Below the pieces are notes generated by a model that saw only the letters and a list, made by a program, of their open reading frames with translations, ran no database searches and was not told the DNA's origin. The translations under genes were made by a program, and so were the position numbers. 64,000 nucleotides of DNA from a virus. The DNA lies in the IMG/VR virus record IMGVR_UViG_3300003177_000010, positions 48,795 through 112,794 of that record. One strand, 5' to 3'. Positions 8,387 through 18,715 of this stretch are shown here, piece after piece (within the stretch, counting starts at the first letter, position 1; every line of letters begins with the position of its first letter).

Positions 8387-9299
8387 TACATTTGTGGAAC
8401 AACTACTAAATAGAGGGTGGTTTGTTTATGGTATTGATAAAATAACTAAAGTATCAAATACAAATAGGCTCAAGTACTTACAAAAAGTATTTCCTAACTC
8501 TTATAAGGTAGTAAAAGAGGATATATGTGAGGTAACATGGCTACCTGATGCAGATGTATTATTTAATTTTGCTGCAGAGAGTGATGTAGATAATAGTAAT
8601 AAAAGTAGTAAAGAGTTTTTTAAAAGTAACGTCAGTGGTGTAGCTAATTTACTAGAGGTACTTAATAACCAAATTAATATTAAAAATAGTAAAACTATGT
8701 TTTTTCAAATATCTACTGATGAAGTTTATGGAGATTTAATTTCTAATAGTGCTAATGAGGATAGTAAGCTAAATCCTAGTAACCCTTATGCAGCTTCTAA
8801 AGCAGCAGCAGATATGCTAATAATGGCTTGGAATAGAACACACGAACAGCCTTTTACTATAGTAAGACCATCAAATAATTATGGACCACATCAATACCCA
8901 GAAAAGTTAATACCTTTAGCAGTTAAAAATCTTAATAGAGGATTACCTATAAATCTGCATAATAAAGGTACTCCTATAAGAGTATGGACACATGTATATG
9001 ATACTGTAGATGCTATATTAACTATATATCATGCTGCAGAATTTAATTGTATATATAACATATCATCAGAATTTTCTCAAACTAACTTGGCTACAGTAGA
9101 AAAAATACTTAGCGCCTATGGAGTAGAACAGAGTAAATATAGTTACTATGTAAATATGCAGCATAACAGACCTGGGCAAGATGTTAGATATTCTATAACA
9201 TGTGAGCCGTTAAAGAGACTAGGGTGGAAACCTAAAAAACAATTTGATGACTCTATAAATCTATTAGTACAAGAGTATAGAAAGGAATTTAGATGGTAA
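8340..9299 (+). CDS. rmlB: dTDP-glucose 4,6-dehydratase
   Basis: TGCAGFL, AAESDVDNS, STDEVYG, YAASK, NNYGPHQYPEKLIP, RPGQDVRY. Confidence 0.9.
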   Translation: MQRIAIVTGCAGFLASTFVEQLLNRGWFVYGIDKITKVSNTNRLKYLQKVFPNSYKVVKEDICEVTWLPDADVLFNFAAESDVDNSNKSSKEFFKSNVSGVANLLEVLNNQINIKNSKTMFFQISTDEVYGDLISNSANEDSKLNPSNPYAASKAAADMLIMAWNRTHEQPFTIVRPSNNYGPHQYPEKLIPLAVKNLNRGLPINLHNKGTPIRVWTHVYDTVDAILTIYHAAEFNCIYNISSEFSQTNLATVEKILSAYGVEQSKYSYYVNMQHNRPGQDVRYSITCEPLKRLGWKPKKQFDDSINLLVQEYRKEFRW

Positions 9300-10030
9300 A
9301 AATAATAACCCCATATATCAACCCCAAAGAAATCAAAAAACATAAAGAACACTATTGGGAGTACGACATATACTATGAACAAGATACTGCCGGTATTGGC
9401 CCTGATTTAATGTTCCAAAAAATGTGGAATAAATTCCCTGATGATGATATATTTATTTTGCATTCAGATATGTTTATGAAAGATACTGATTGGTTATCTA
9501 AAGTATTAAAATATACTAATAAGTATCCAGAAGCTGGTATGTTCGGTTGCCTGTTACTTTATCCTCTAAAAGACGAAAAAGGTGACTATTTTATTCAATC
9601 AGCAGGAGGTAAATTTACAGACGGTAAGCCTGATCATTATGGTAGTGGTATTGTTGTAGAAAATAAATCCACGTTTAAGGAAGAGTTAGAAACTGATACA
9701 GGGGAGTACGATAGTGTAAGAGAAGTAGCTTGGACTACTTTTGGAGGTTGCTATATTAGAAGAAGTTTTATTAACGCAGTAGGGTCATTTTCTCCAGAAT
9801 ATGAGTGGGCGTATAATAGAGACGTAGACTTTTGCTTAGCTGCTAGAAGTGTAGGGCAAAAGATATACCAAATACCTGTAAGAATTATGCACTCCGAGTC
9901 TAAAGATGCTAAAATTATAAAAGCCAACGATCAAAGTAAAGTGCAGATGGAATTAAGAAACTTAAATAAATTAATAGATAAATGGAGCGGCTCTAAGCTG
10001 TATAAAACTATTGATAATAAGATTATATAA
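9293..10030 (+). CDS. GT2-like glycosyltransferase
   Basis: ILHSDM, FGGCYIRR, DVDFCL motifs. Confidence 0.75.
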   Translation: MVKIITPYINPKEIKKHKEHYWEYDIYYEQDTAGIGPDLMFQKMWNKFPDDDIFILHSDMFMKDTDWLSKVLKYTNKYPEAGMFGCLLLYPLKDEKGDYFIQSAGGKFTDGKPDHYGSGIVVENKSTFKEELETDTGEYDSVREVAWTTFGGCYIRRSFINAVGSFSPEYEWAYNRDVDFCLAARSVGQKIYQIPVRIMHSESKDAKIIKANDQSKVQMELRNLNKLIDKWSGSKLYKTIDNKII

Positions 10031-10049
10031 CTATATAAAAGGATATAAA

Positions 10050-10766
10050 ATGGCTACTATTACTAGACCACAAGTAACTGCTTCTCTAACGCTAGCAGAT
10101 GGGGTACAATCTAAATTACCAGAATATATGTTAGATCTATATGGACATAGCTCCTATAGGCTAAAGTCGTTTATTAATAATATTTGTAGTAAAAAGAACA
10201 CAAACTATTTAGAAATAGGAGTAGGTAGAGGTTCAACTATATTAAGTGCAGTATATGAGAATGAAACGTGTAAAGCTACAGGTATAGAAAATTATATGTA
10301 TGACGCTATAGAGCCTACTAAAGTACCTTTAGAAGGAACCATATGGTACAATATGCAAAGTCAGTTAAAAAGCAATCTAAGTAGATATGGTACTTCGGAT
10401 AATAATAGTAAAAAAGGGTCTATAAATATAATAGAAGAATACTTTGAAAAAGTTATGCCAGAGGATGTGCCTAAAGCAGATGTAGTGTACTTTGATGTGA
10501 CTCCTGTTAATGAAAAGGTATATTCTGATTTTTTTGAAAATATAGTTCCTTATATTAGTAGTTCTTCTGTAATTATATTCTCAAATTTTTCGAATACCCT
10601 ACATGAAAGGCAAATAAGAAAAGCATTTGAAGAGCGCGAAGATAAAGTAAAAGTACTATGGGAAGAAACTCGAGTTACTAGTAGCTTAAATGATGCTAGT
10701 AATTACTATTCCGGTATTGGTATATTTGGGGTAGTTAGATCTCATAAAGCAGTAGGTAAAGAATGA
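10050..10766 (+). CDS. class I SAM-dependent methyltransferase-like protein
   Basis: YLEIGVGRGST motif I, DVVYFD; ATG 10050 follows SD AAGGA. Confidence 0.7.
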   Translation: MATITRPQVTASLTLADGVQSKLPEYMLDLYGHSSYRLKSFINNICSKKNTNYLEIGVGRGSTILSAVYENETCKATGIENYMYDAIEPTKVPLEGTIWYNMQSQLKSNLSRYGTSDNNSKKGSINIIEEYFEKVMPEDVPKADVVYFDVTPVNEKVYSDFFENIVPYISSSSVIIFSNFSNTLHERQIRKAFEEREDKVKVLWEETRVTSSLNDASNYYSGIGIFGVVRSHKAVGKE

Positions 10767-11590
10767 AAAAAAGTGTTATAAGTTTAATCAGCTATGATGC
10801 ACATATGCTAATAGAAAGTATAAAATCTTATTATGCATATGTAGACGAAATTATATTAGGGCTTGATGAAGATAGAATTAGCTGGAATAATAATAAATTC
10901 TCTTTTAATGAGGGGGAATTATGGGATTCTTTACTATCTATAGATGTGGATAATAAAATAGAGGTAATTCAAAGTAATTTTCATTCCTCAAAAATAGCTA
11001 TAGAAAATGATAATTATGAACGAAATTTTCTTAAAAGTAAATGCACAAATAGTTGGATTTTTAGCTTTGATGCTGATGAAGTATTATTAAATGCGAAAGA
11101 TTTTTTCTATAGCTATTGCCCCATAGTCCATAAGTATAAAGAAGATAAAGATGTATGTATGATTTGGGTTACTCCTTTTAAAACTATAGGAGATACAACA
11201 TTACTAATAGTGAATGAAGACGGGGCACCTTTCTTCGGAGAAAATCAGAGCATAGCTACTTCTGTAAATAACACTTTTACTTACGCTAGATGGAGTAACG
11301 TGAGCGCTTCCGGGAAAAATAGGCTTATGTCCCCATTAATTGGGCTACATTGGAGCTTAGATAGAGATAAACAAGCATTGTATGAAAAAATTAACAATAC
11401 AGGGCATTCTGATATTGTTAATGAGGATCCATTTTTTTCTTTATGGAATAGTGTGACTTTAGATAATTATAAAGAATTTCATAACTTTAGAACATCAGGT
11501 ATAGGGCCAGCTCAGTGGCCTAGGTTACGCGCAGTACCTACAAAAGATTTAGTATCTTTTATTATGAGTTATAAGGATAAAGCGTATTAA
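10763..11590 (+). CDS. GT2-like glycosyltransferase
   Basis: YVDEIILGLD, ERNFL, WIFSFDADEVL (DxD). Confidence 0.7.
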   Translation: MKKSVISLISYDAHMLIESIKSYYAYVDEIILGLDEDRISWNNNKFSFNEGELWDSLLSIDVDNKIEVIQSNFHSSKIAIENDNYERNFLKSKCTNSWIFSFDADEVLLNAKDFFYSYCPIVHKYKEDKDVCMIWVTPFKTIGDTTLLIVNEDGAPFFGENQSIATSVNNTFTYARWSNVSASGKNRLMSPLIGLHWSLDRDKQALYEKINNTGHSDIVNEDPFFSLWNSVTLDNYKEFHNFRTSGIGPAQWPRLRAVPTKDLVSFIMSYKDKAY

Positions 11591-12735
11591 TGTTAATTGA
11601 AATATTAGGAAAATTTTTTGATAATCACTCTCTGAGTATTATAAATAGAAACTTAGCAATAGGGCTACATAACGCAGGAGTTGCTGTACAAATTATAGCT
11701 ATTGATTCTTATGACCACGAATTTAAAGTAGACAAAGAATCAGTAAAAATATTACAAAAGTTACGTAAGTCTACCGATAAAGTACCAGATATACAAGTTA
11801 GACATACTTACCCACCAATATGGCAGTGGCCAGAAAATAAAAAAACTAAAATAGTATTTATTCAGCCATGGGAGTTCCCTAAAGTACCTTTTGAATGGCA
11901 GTATAAATTTGAGTCATTTGCAGATGCTTTAATAGTACCAAGTTCTACTAATGCTGAAGTATTTATAAAAGGGGGCTTACGCAGTGATAAAGTTTTTGTA
12001 GTACCTAACGGGTATGACGACAAAATTTTTAAAAGTGGTAGATCAACAAGTTCTTATGTTGAGGAATCTAAATTTAATTTTGTATATGTAGGAAATTCAC
12101 AGTGGAGAAAAGGGTTAGATATACTGCTGAATGCGTGGCATAAATGTTTTAAGTCTTATGATAATGCAAGACTAATTATAAAAGATAACCCAAGGGTATA
12201 TGGAGATAGTAATATAATTAATGAAATCATCCGTATGCAATATAAAACTTCTTGTGCTCCTATTACTTATATAGATAGTGATTTATCTGTAGAGGATATG
12301 GCTGATTTATATAGTAGCTGTTCTGTTATTGTGCATCCTTACAGGGCTGAAGGCTTCGGTATGCATATACAAGAAGCAGTAGCTTCTGGGTGTTTTCCTA
12401 TTATTCCTAATAAAGGGCCTACTAATGACTTTATACCAGATGACTGTAGTATAAAAATAGATACTACTGCTACACCTATTAATATTGCAGATGCTAATAT
12501 ATTTGCTATGAAGCCAGGAGACTCAAGTACCTTAATGGGCACTCATACATTTATTGATGAGCCTTCTGAGCAATCTCTAGAAAAAGCACTTATGTATTTA
12601 TATCACAGCCATGAAAGAGATAAGATAGTTAGTAAAGTAAAGGGTATATCTACACTTAATACATGGGACAAAGTTATAAAGCAATACATTGATGTGTTTA
12701 ACAAAATAAGTAACAACCAGGTAAGGAGAACATAA
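11590..12735 (+). CDS. GT4 (GT-B) glycosyltransferase
   Basis: VVPNG, RKGLDILL, HPYRAEGFGMHIQEA (E-x7-E). Confidence 0.9.
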   Translation: MLIEILGKFFDNHSLSIINRNLAIGLHNAGVAVQIIAIDSYDHEFKVDKESVKILQKLRKSTDKVPDIQVRHTYPPIWQWPENKKTKIVFIQPWEFPKVPFEWQYKFESFADALIVPSSTNAEVFIKGGLRSDKVFVVPNGYDDKIFKSGRSTSSYVEESKFNFVYVGNSQWRKGLDILLNAWHKCFKSYDNARLIIKDNPRVYGDSNIINEIIRMQYKTSCAPITYIDSDLSVEDMADLYSSCSVIVHPYRAEGFGMHIQEAVASGCFPIIPNKGPTNDFIPDDCSIKIDTTATPINIADANIFAMKPGDSSTLMGTHTFIDEPSEQSLEKALMYLYHSHERDKIVSKVKGISTLNTWDKVIKQYIDVFNKISNNQVRRT

Positions 12736-12893
12736 TGAAAGATAGTATTTTACTAAAGTGTAAAAACAAAATTGAAATTATAGAGTTAGCTACAATTCAA
12801 GGGTTCGACCAAGGTGCTATAGATAAGCTTATAGCACGGTGGGTAGAGCTAAAAAAAGTAAAGAATAAAAAGAAAAATAAGTCTATTAATTAA
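12735..12893 (+). CDS. 52-aa hypothetical protein absent from the ORF track (MKDSILLKCKNKIEIIELATIQ...)
   Basis: SD AAGGAG; TAATG overlaps with both neighbours. Confidence 0.7.
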   Translation: MKDSILLKCKNKIEIIELATIQGFDQGAIDKLIARWVELKKVKNKKKNKSIN

Positions 12894-13162
12894 TGGACAA
12901 GGATTTTGGCGTTGCATTCCATAAACCTAATGGGAATGCAGTAAAAGTAACAATAAATGAGTTTAGAGATATATTATATCTACACATACGAGAATATATG
13001 ATGGATGGGGATACAGGCACTTGGTTCCCCACTAAAAGTGGTTTTTCTATGCATGCAGATGAGGTAACATCTTTAATACCTTTATTAGAAGAAGCAGGCC
13101 ATTTAATAGCTAAAAGGTACGAGCATTCTACACAACTAACATTGCCTTTGGAGTATAAATGA
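12893..13162 (+). CDS. PC4/p15-like ssDNA-binding protein
   Basis: VTINEFRDILYLHIREY...WFPTKSGF pattern; T5 encodes a PC4 homologue. Confidence 0.85.
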   Translation: MDKDFGVAFHKPNGNAVKVTINEFRDILYLHIREYMMDGDTGTWFPTKSGFSMHADEVTSLIPLLEEAGHLIAKRYEHSTQLTLPLEYK

Positions 13163-13470
13163 GTTTAAAAGCCTGGGAAGATAAAGACACAGAGAAATTA
13201 ATAGACTTGTACGTAAATAGAAAAGAACAAGATGTACACAAGTTAGCTAAGGTATTTAATAAAGGCTATAGAAGTGTTATAAGTAAATTAGTACAATTAA
13301 AGATATACGAAAAGCCTATTAATACTATAGAAAAAGCACCTACAGTTAAAATGATGGTATTAGAAATAGAAGGCATGTTTGGTATTCAACTTAACGGATA
13401 TAACCTAAATAATAAGCAAAACCTAACTATATTGTTAAAAGAGTTAAAAAAGCGGTATTGTAGTGATTAA
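13159..13470 (+). CDS. putative HTH DNA-binding protein
   Basis: WEDKDTEKLIDLY...LAKVFNKGYRSVISKL, similar to the D5-type repeat. Confidence 0.5.
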   Translation: MSLKAWEDKDTEKLIDLYVNRKEQDVHKLAKVFNKGYRSVISKLVQLKIYEKPINTIEKAPTVKMMVLEIEGMFGIQLNGYNLNNKQNLTILLKELKKRYCSD

Positions 13471-13483
13471 ATGTAATTAATTA

Positions 13484-13512
13484 TTGCTAACTACTAATAT
13501 TAAGTATAATAT
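13484..13512 (+). promoter_or_regulatory. sigma70-type promoter
   Basis: TTGCTA-17-TAATAT. Confidence 0.6.
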
Positions 13513-13540
13513 AGGTATATACACATAAGGCTATAAATTT

Positions 13541-15283
13541 ATGAACTATATCACTTTAAAGAAACTAGTACAAAAACACTGCGATTTATACTACGATCAG
13601 TCAGTGCCTAGCATATCAGATGCAGACTTCGATGCTCTATACGATAAGCTGGAAGAGGTAGAAAAAGCACAAGGATGGCAGGCTATTGATTCCCCCACAG
13701 TAAAAGTTGGAGGCATAGCAGGTAAGGTGCAACACCCATTTAAGTTGTACTCTCTACAAAAAGTATACAATGTAGAAGAAGTGCCCTCTAATTTTAGTAT
13801 AGAAACCCCAAAAATAGACGGTACTAATATAACTCTAGTGTATAAGTTGGGGCGCTTATCGGCTGCTCTAACACGAGGCAATGGAGAAATGGGGGATAAT
13901 GTTTTACACCTAGTAAAGCACATAAAAAATATACCTAAAACTATAAAATCTTCGTGGAAAATAGTAGTAATAAATGGCGAGTGTGTTACTAATAAAAAAG
14001 TAGATAATTTTAGGAACTACGTATCTGGCGCCTTAGGGCTGAAGTCGGAAGAGGAATTTAAAAATAGAGATATTTTATTTATTGCACACGATTTATTAGG
14101 CGTAACTTTAGATTACACTACTAGAATGAAATTAGTTAGTGCTATGGGTATAACTACAGTTATGGATCCTATTGCAGATAAGTATCCGCAAGATGGTAGA
14201 GTATTTAGAATTGATAGTTATAACAAATCTGTCACTTTAGGGTATACTTCTAAATACCCTAAATTTGCAATAGCATTAAAAGAGAGAGAAGTTACTGTTG
14301 CTATATCTACCTTGCAGGAAGTAATATGGACAGTAGGGAGAACAGGAACAGTAAACCCTACTGGTATTATCAGCCCAGTGGTTTTAGATGATGCTACAAT
14401 AACTAGAGTAACTTTACATAACATCCGTATAATAGAGGATAATAGTCTAGGCATAGGGGATACTATAAAAGTAGAAAGAGCAGGAGGAGTTATACCTAAA
14501 TTTCTGGAAGTTATAGAGCATTCGAAACATAACATTAAAATAAGTAAAATTGATGCAGAGAAGCAAGTTAATCTAGAGCTAGTTAGAAAAGGGCCTACAC
14601 TTGTTGTTAAGAATTCTAGTGATGTAAATCAAGCTAAAGTAGTAGAGCATTTTGTTAAAACTATGGAAATTAAAGGGTTAGGCCCTGCATCCATAAACAA
14701 AATGAATATTACTCATATAAGCCAACTATATAGCAGTAACACTAAGTGGGATCAATTAGGAGCAAACGGGCAAAAAATACTTCAAGAAGTATATAAGTCT
14801 AGATTAAAACCATATAGTATTGTGTTAGCTGCTTTAGGTATAAAAGGGGTAGGTAGGGCAGCAGCTAAGGTTATAGTTAATAAAATACCTGCATTTATAC
14901 ATCTAAAGGATATTGAGTACACAGAAGTTAAAGGAGTAGGCCCCGCTACTATTAATTCTATACTTAGTTTTTTGGAGGATAATGAGGACTGGGTACTGAA
15001 GTTACCTCTACAATTGAGGCAAGAATTATTAATTTCAGATATATTAGATGAACCTACTAAGAAAGTATGCATTACAGGTAAAATGGATATTACTAGAAAA
15101 GAGCTAAGTGATGAATTAGAAATTCTAGGGTACAAAACTACATCTACTGTTACTAAAGATTGCTATGCATTGATAACAGGTGGGGATACTAGCTCTTCTA
15201 AGTATAAAAAAGCTATAGCACAAGGAACTACTATAGTAGATTATTGGTCAAGAAAAAAAGAGGTGCTAACAGGAAAATTTTAG
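13541..15283 (+). CDS. ligA: NAD+-dependent DNA ligase (single chain)
   Basis: YY..SVP.ISDADFD, KIDG, LTRGNG, VGRTG, HhH motifs, C-terminal BRCT. Confidence 0.95.
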   Translation: MNYITLKKLVQKHCDLYYDQSVPSISDADFDALYDKLEEVEKAQGWQAIDSPTVKVGGIAGKVQHPFKLYSLQKVYNVEEVPSNFSIETPKIDGTNITLVYKLGRLSAALTRGNGEMGDNVLHLVKHIKNIPKTIKSSWKIVVINGECVTNKKVDNFRNYVSGALGLKSEEEFKNRDILFIAHDLLGVTLDYTTRMKLVSAMGITTVMDPIADKYPQDGRVFRIDSYNKSVTLGYTSKYPKFAIALKEREVTVAISTLQEVIWTVGRTGTVNPTGIISPVVLDDATITRVTLHNIRIIEDNSLGIGDTIKVERAGGVIPKFLEVIEHSKHNIKISKIDAEKQVNLELVRKGPTLVVKNSSDVNQAKVVEHFVKTMEIKGLGPASINKMNITHISQLYSSNTKWDQLGANGQKILQEVYKSRLKPYSIVLAALGIKGVGRAAAKVIVNKIPAFIHLKDIEYTEVKGVGPATINSILSFLEDNEDWVLKLPLQLRQELLISDILDEPTKKVCITGKMDITRKELSDELEILGYKTTSTVTKDCYALITGGDTSSSKYKKAIAQGTTIVDYWSRKKEVLTGKF

Positions 15284-15325
15284 TAATTAATTGTAGTATA
15301 GAACAAAAAATAATCAAATTTGTAT

Positions 15326-15354
15326 TTGCTAAATAATAAAATTTATTATATGAT
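15326..15354 (+). promoter_or_regulatory. sigma70-type promoter
   Basis: TTGCTA-17-TATGAT. Confidence 0.65.
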
Positions 15355-15421
15355 GTAATCACAGACAAAAAAGTAATAATGCTTTTTTGTAAAAAATAAA
15401 AAGTAATGACAAAGGAAAAAC

Positions 15422-16105
15422 ATGTCAAAATTTGAATACACAGAAGAAATGGTAGAAGAAATGCACACAGTAAGTGCTAATGGTGTAACAGAGGATATTG
15501 TGCAGTCCCTAATGGAGGATTTTGGATTTCCTCGTAGATCCGTAACAGCTAAGCTTCGTAAGCTAGGGTTTGATGTACCTAAGAAACAAGGAGCAGCCGC
15601 AGTATTTTCTGCTGAAGAAACTGCTGCTCTTACAGATATTCTTGAAAATAATAATCAAGAAAAAACCGCTGAAGAAATTGCTAGTACTTTCGCCGATGGT
15701 AAGTTCTCTGCTCGCCAAATAAATGGTAAAGCTCTTGCCTTAGATATGACTGGTACTATTAAACCGGCAGAGAAAAAAGTAGTTGCTAAAACTTATACTG
15801 ATGCTGAGGAGGCAACTGTTCGAGAAATGGCTGAAAGCGGTAAGTTTCTAGAAGAAATTGCAGATGCTCTAGGCAAAACTAAAAACTCTGTGCGCGGTAA
15901 ATTGCTATCTATGAAACTTAAAGCAGAGCAACGTGACAAAGTAGGCGCTAAAGCTGATGCTTATGCGGGTATTGAAGATAATCAAGATAAAACTATCGAA
16001 GAACTAGCAGAAATGTTTGATAAAACTGTACGAGGTGTGAAAACTGTACTTACCCGTAGAGGTCTTGTAGCAGCTGATTATACCCCTAAAGCTTCTAAAG
16101 AGTAA
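15422..16105 (+). CDS. T5 D5-like DNA-binding protein
   Basis: repeated HTH-like units (RSVTAKL, NSVRGKLL, RGVKTVLTRRG); position after ligase as in T5. Confidence 0.85.
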   Translation: MSKFEYTEEMVEEMHTVSANGVTEDIVQSLMEDFGFPRRSVTAKLRKLGFDVPKKQGAAAVFSAEETAALTDILENNNQEKTAEEIASTFADGKFSARQINGKALALDMTGTIKPAEKKVVAKTYTDAEEATVREMAESGKFLEEIADALGKTKNSVRGKLLSMKLKAEQRDKVGAKADAYAGIEDNQDKTIEELAEMFDKTVRGVKTVLTRRGLVAADYTPKASKE

Positions 16106-16117
16106 CTATAAGGTACT

Positions 16118-16166
16118 TAAGTAGGGGACTACTTATAGGGAACAACTACGGTTGTTCCCTATTTTT
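16118..16166 (+). terminator. tandem hairpins ending in an intrinsic terminator
   Basis: TAAGTAG-GGGA-CTACTTA then ATAGGGAACAAC-TACG-GTTGTTCCCTAT-TTTT. Confidence 0.85.
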
Positions 16167-16182
16167 ATTATTTGAGGGTTAT

Positions 16183-16479
16183 ATGAAATTAAGTGAGTTA
16201 ACAGATGCTCAATTAGATTATATACTAGGTATGGGTACAGTCAAAAGGGCAGAGTATTTAAGTACGGTGTTACACCAGCAATTTCCTAATGTACAAGTAG
16301 GGTCCAAGGAATATACAGAATTACTAGAATGTTATATTAGTAGTTTTTTCGTTGAGAAACTATATAGGAGTAATAGATTTTTCAACGAAAAATTTATAGT
16401 TACATATACAGATACAGGTATGATACATAGTATAACATCAAATATATATTTTGATGAAAAAAGTTTTACAATCCACTAG
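16183..16479 (+). CDS. hypothetical protein
   Basis: ORF with SD GAGG. Confidence 0.65.
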   Translation: MKLSELTDAQLDYILGMGTVKRAEYLSTVLHQQFPNVQVGSKEYTELLECYISSFFVEKLYRSNRFFNEKFIVTYTDTGMIHSITSNIYFDEKSFTIH

Positions 16480-16501
16480 TAAAAAATATATAATTTTATT
16501 A

Positions 16502-16530
16502 TTGACTGATGGTTATTTTTTATATATACT
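16502..16530 (+). promoter_or_regulatory. sigma70-type promoter
   Basis: TTGACT-17-TATACT. Confidence 0.7.
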
Positions 16531-16566
16531 TATTAGTAACTGATTACATAAAAAATAAGGTTATCT

Positions 16567-17328
16567 ATGACAAGAAAAACTAAAAAGTTAGAAATATCAG
16601 AAGCCAAGATACGTCAAGCTATTTGGTATTTGAAAAAGAAAAAAACTAAGAAATTTGTATGTGAACACCTAGGTATAAAGTATAATACTAAACGTCTAGA
16701 CAGTATTATAAAAGAATTTAATGAAGGATTAGCCAGGGATAAAAGGCTAAAGGCTGCTGCTAAAGTTAAAGTATTTTCTAATGCTGAAATAAATAGTATA
16801 ATAAAAGAGTATTTAAATGGAGGTACTCAAACAGGCATTGCCAAGGAATGGTATATTTCTGCGGCCAGAGTAAAGAAAATACTAGTAGAAAATAATGTAC
16901 CTATTAGGGCTAGAGGTAAGAATAAAAAAGCCACAGTTGCCCATATCGTTCAAGATTTAGATGTACAGTTTAATAATAATGATAGAGTATTTATAGCTAA
17001 GTATAATTGTTTTGGAGTAATTAAGCAAATATACGACGAAAAGTATGTTGAGTACTTAGAAAGAGGTACACAAAGGTATGTAGAATTGACAAAGTTTATT
17101 AGAGGTAGAAATAACTATTTGGAGCCTAAAATAGGTATACATTATGAAATTTACTGGGTTCTTGAAGACGGTAAAGAAATGAAAATGAGTGCTGTAAATA
17201 GGTTAAGAAATAATATACTTGCTATTTTAGAAGATACCGGAAGGGAGTACTATTTAGTATGGAGAGATGATGATTATGCAGGTAACTACTACCTTAGCAG
17301 AGAGCAATTATACCCGGTAGTACAATAG
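16567..17328 (+). CDS. hypothetical basic protein with HTH-like segments
   Basis: EYLNGGTQTGIAKEWYISAARVKKIL. Confidence 0.55.
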   Translation: MTRKTKKLEISEAKIRQAIWYLKKKKTKKFVCEHLGIKYNTKRLDSIIKEFNEGLARDKRLKAAAKVKVFSNAEINSIIKEYLNGGTQTGIAKEWYISAARVKKILVENNVPIRARGKNKKATVAHIVQDLDVQFNNNDRVFIAKYNCFGVIKQIYDEKYVEYLERGTQRYVELTKFIRGRNNYLEPKIGIHYEIYWVLEDGKEMKMSAVNRLRNNILAILEDTGREYYLVWRDDDYAGNYYLSREQLYPVVQ

Positions 17329-17329
17329 T

Positions 17330-18715
17330 ATGGTAGTAGATTTACAAAAAATTGCAGTTAGAAGACTATTAGATAAACAAAGCCACGATTTATTTTCTAA
17401 GATACAAACCTCTTACTTTACGGGGGCCAATAGTGCTATATTTGATAAGATTCAGTCATTTTATAAGGCTAATACTAAATTACCTTCAGTAAACGAATTT
17501 TTAGTATTAAGAAAGGATCAGTTACTACAAGATTATCTAGAGAATCAAATATTAGATGATAATAATGTCAATGACCTAATAGGAGATGAGTTTTTAGTAG
17601 CCCAGCTACAAGATTATTTTATAAGAGAGGAAACTATAAGTTTTCTAGACAAATTTGTAGATAATCTTGATAACTTAGAAAAAGTAGAGATAATTGAAGA
17701 GTTTAATGACCATCTACTAACACTTAATAAAGCTATGCCATATGATGATGAACTATTTGATGTTGCTAAATTAGATTTCTTCTCTGAAGAAGAGACTTAT
17801 AAACTATACCCATCAGGGCTATCTGCAGAGTTTGATTCGGTTAATGGTGGCTTTGGTACACAAGAGTTAGTATTATTAGGAGGTAGAAGAGGGTCCGGTA
17901 AGTCTATATTAACGGTAAATATGGCTTTAACTAGATTTTTCAGCGGAAATACTGTAGCGTTATTCTCTATAGAAATGAGGTATAAAGAGGTATACGACAG
18001 AATAATGTCTATTATATCTGGCGTACCGTTTCTAGATATATATAAAAATAAAACTTCTACAGAGCAAAAAATAACTATGGCTAAAGCTAAATTTAAAGCT
18101 TTTTACAAACCTTCAGCAGAAGTAGATGACTTATTAAAGACCTTAGAGCTAACTGCTAATTTTAAAGACTTCGATAGTAAATTAAAAATTATAGGGCCAG
18201 AGTTACTAGATAATAGGTTATTTATAATTGATGATGAGAGTTTAACTTTAAATAGAATTGATCATTATTGCAATATGTTTAAAAATAAGTATCCAGACTT
18301 TACATTAGCTGCAGTAGATTATCTTAATATTATTAACCATGAAGACCAAAAAAATTGGCAAACTCAGATTGTAATTGCAGATTCTCTAAAAACATTAGCT
18401 AGAAAACACGATGTTACAATATTATCACCTTATCAAATTGACGCAAGCGGCGAGGCTAGATTTGCTAAGGGTATCCTAGACTCTGCAGATAGAAGTTTTA
18501 ACTTTTTCCCACCACCAGAATCTGAAGATAGGGAATTAGAATCTAAAATAACTGTACATACAACTAAGATTCGTAACGGTAGGCATATGAGTTTCGATGT
18601 TAATATGAATTGGGAATGTGTAAAAGTAGACCCAAATATGTCTAAAGTAGTTAATGAAAAACCCCATAATGCCACTAAGTTCGGCACAGGCAGAGAGTAC
18701 GCAGACGATATATAA
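17330..18715 (+). CDS. DnaB-like replicative helicase (T5 D6-like)
   Basis: GGRRGSGKS Walker A, FSIEM, VDYL, KIRNG. Confidence 0.9.
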   Translation: MVVDLQKIAVRRLLDKQSHDLFSKIQTSYFTGANSAIFDKIQSFYKANTKLPSVNEFLVLRKDQLLQDYLENQILDDNNVNDLIGDEFLVAQLQDYFIREETISFLDKFVDNLDNLEKVEIIEEFNDHLLTLNKAMPYDDELFDVAKLDFFSEEETYKLYPSGLSAEFDSVNGGFGTQELVLLGGRRGSGKSILTVNMALTRFFSGNTVALFSIEMRYKEVYDRIMSIISGVPFLDIYKNKTSTEQKITMAKAKFKAFYKPSAEVDDLLKTLELTANFKDFDSKLKIIGPELLDNRLFIIDDESLTLNRIDHYCNMFKNKYPDFTLAAVDYLNIINHEDQKNWQTQIVIADSLKTLARKHDVTILSPYQIDASGEARFAKGILDSADRSFNFFPPPESEDRELESKITVHTTKIRNGRHMSFDVNMNWECVKVDPNMSKVVNEKPHNATKFGTGREYADDI

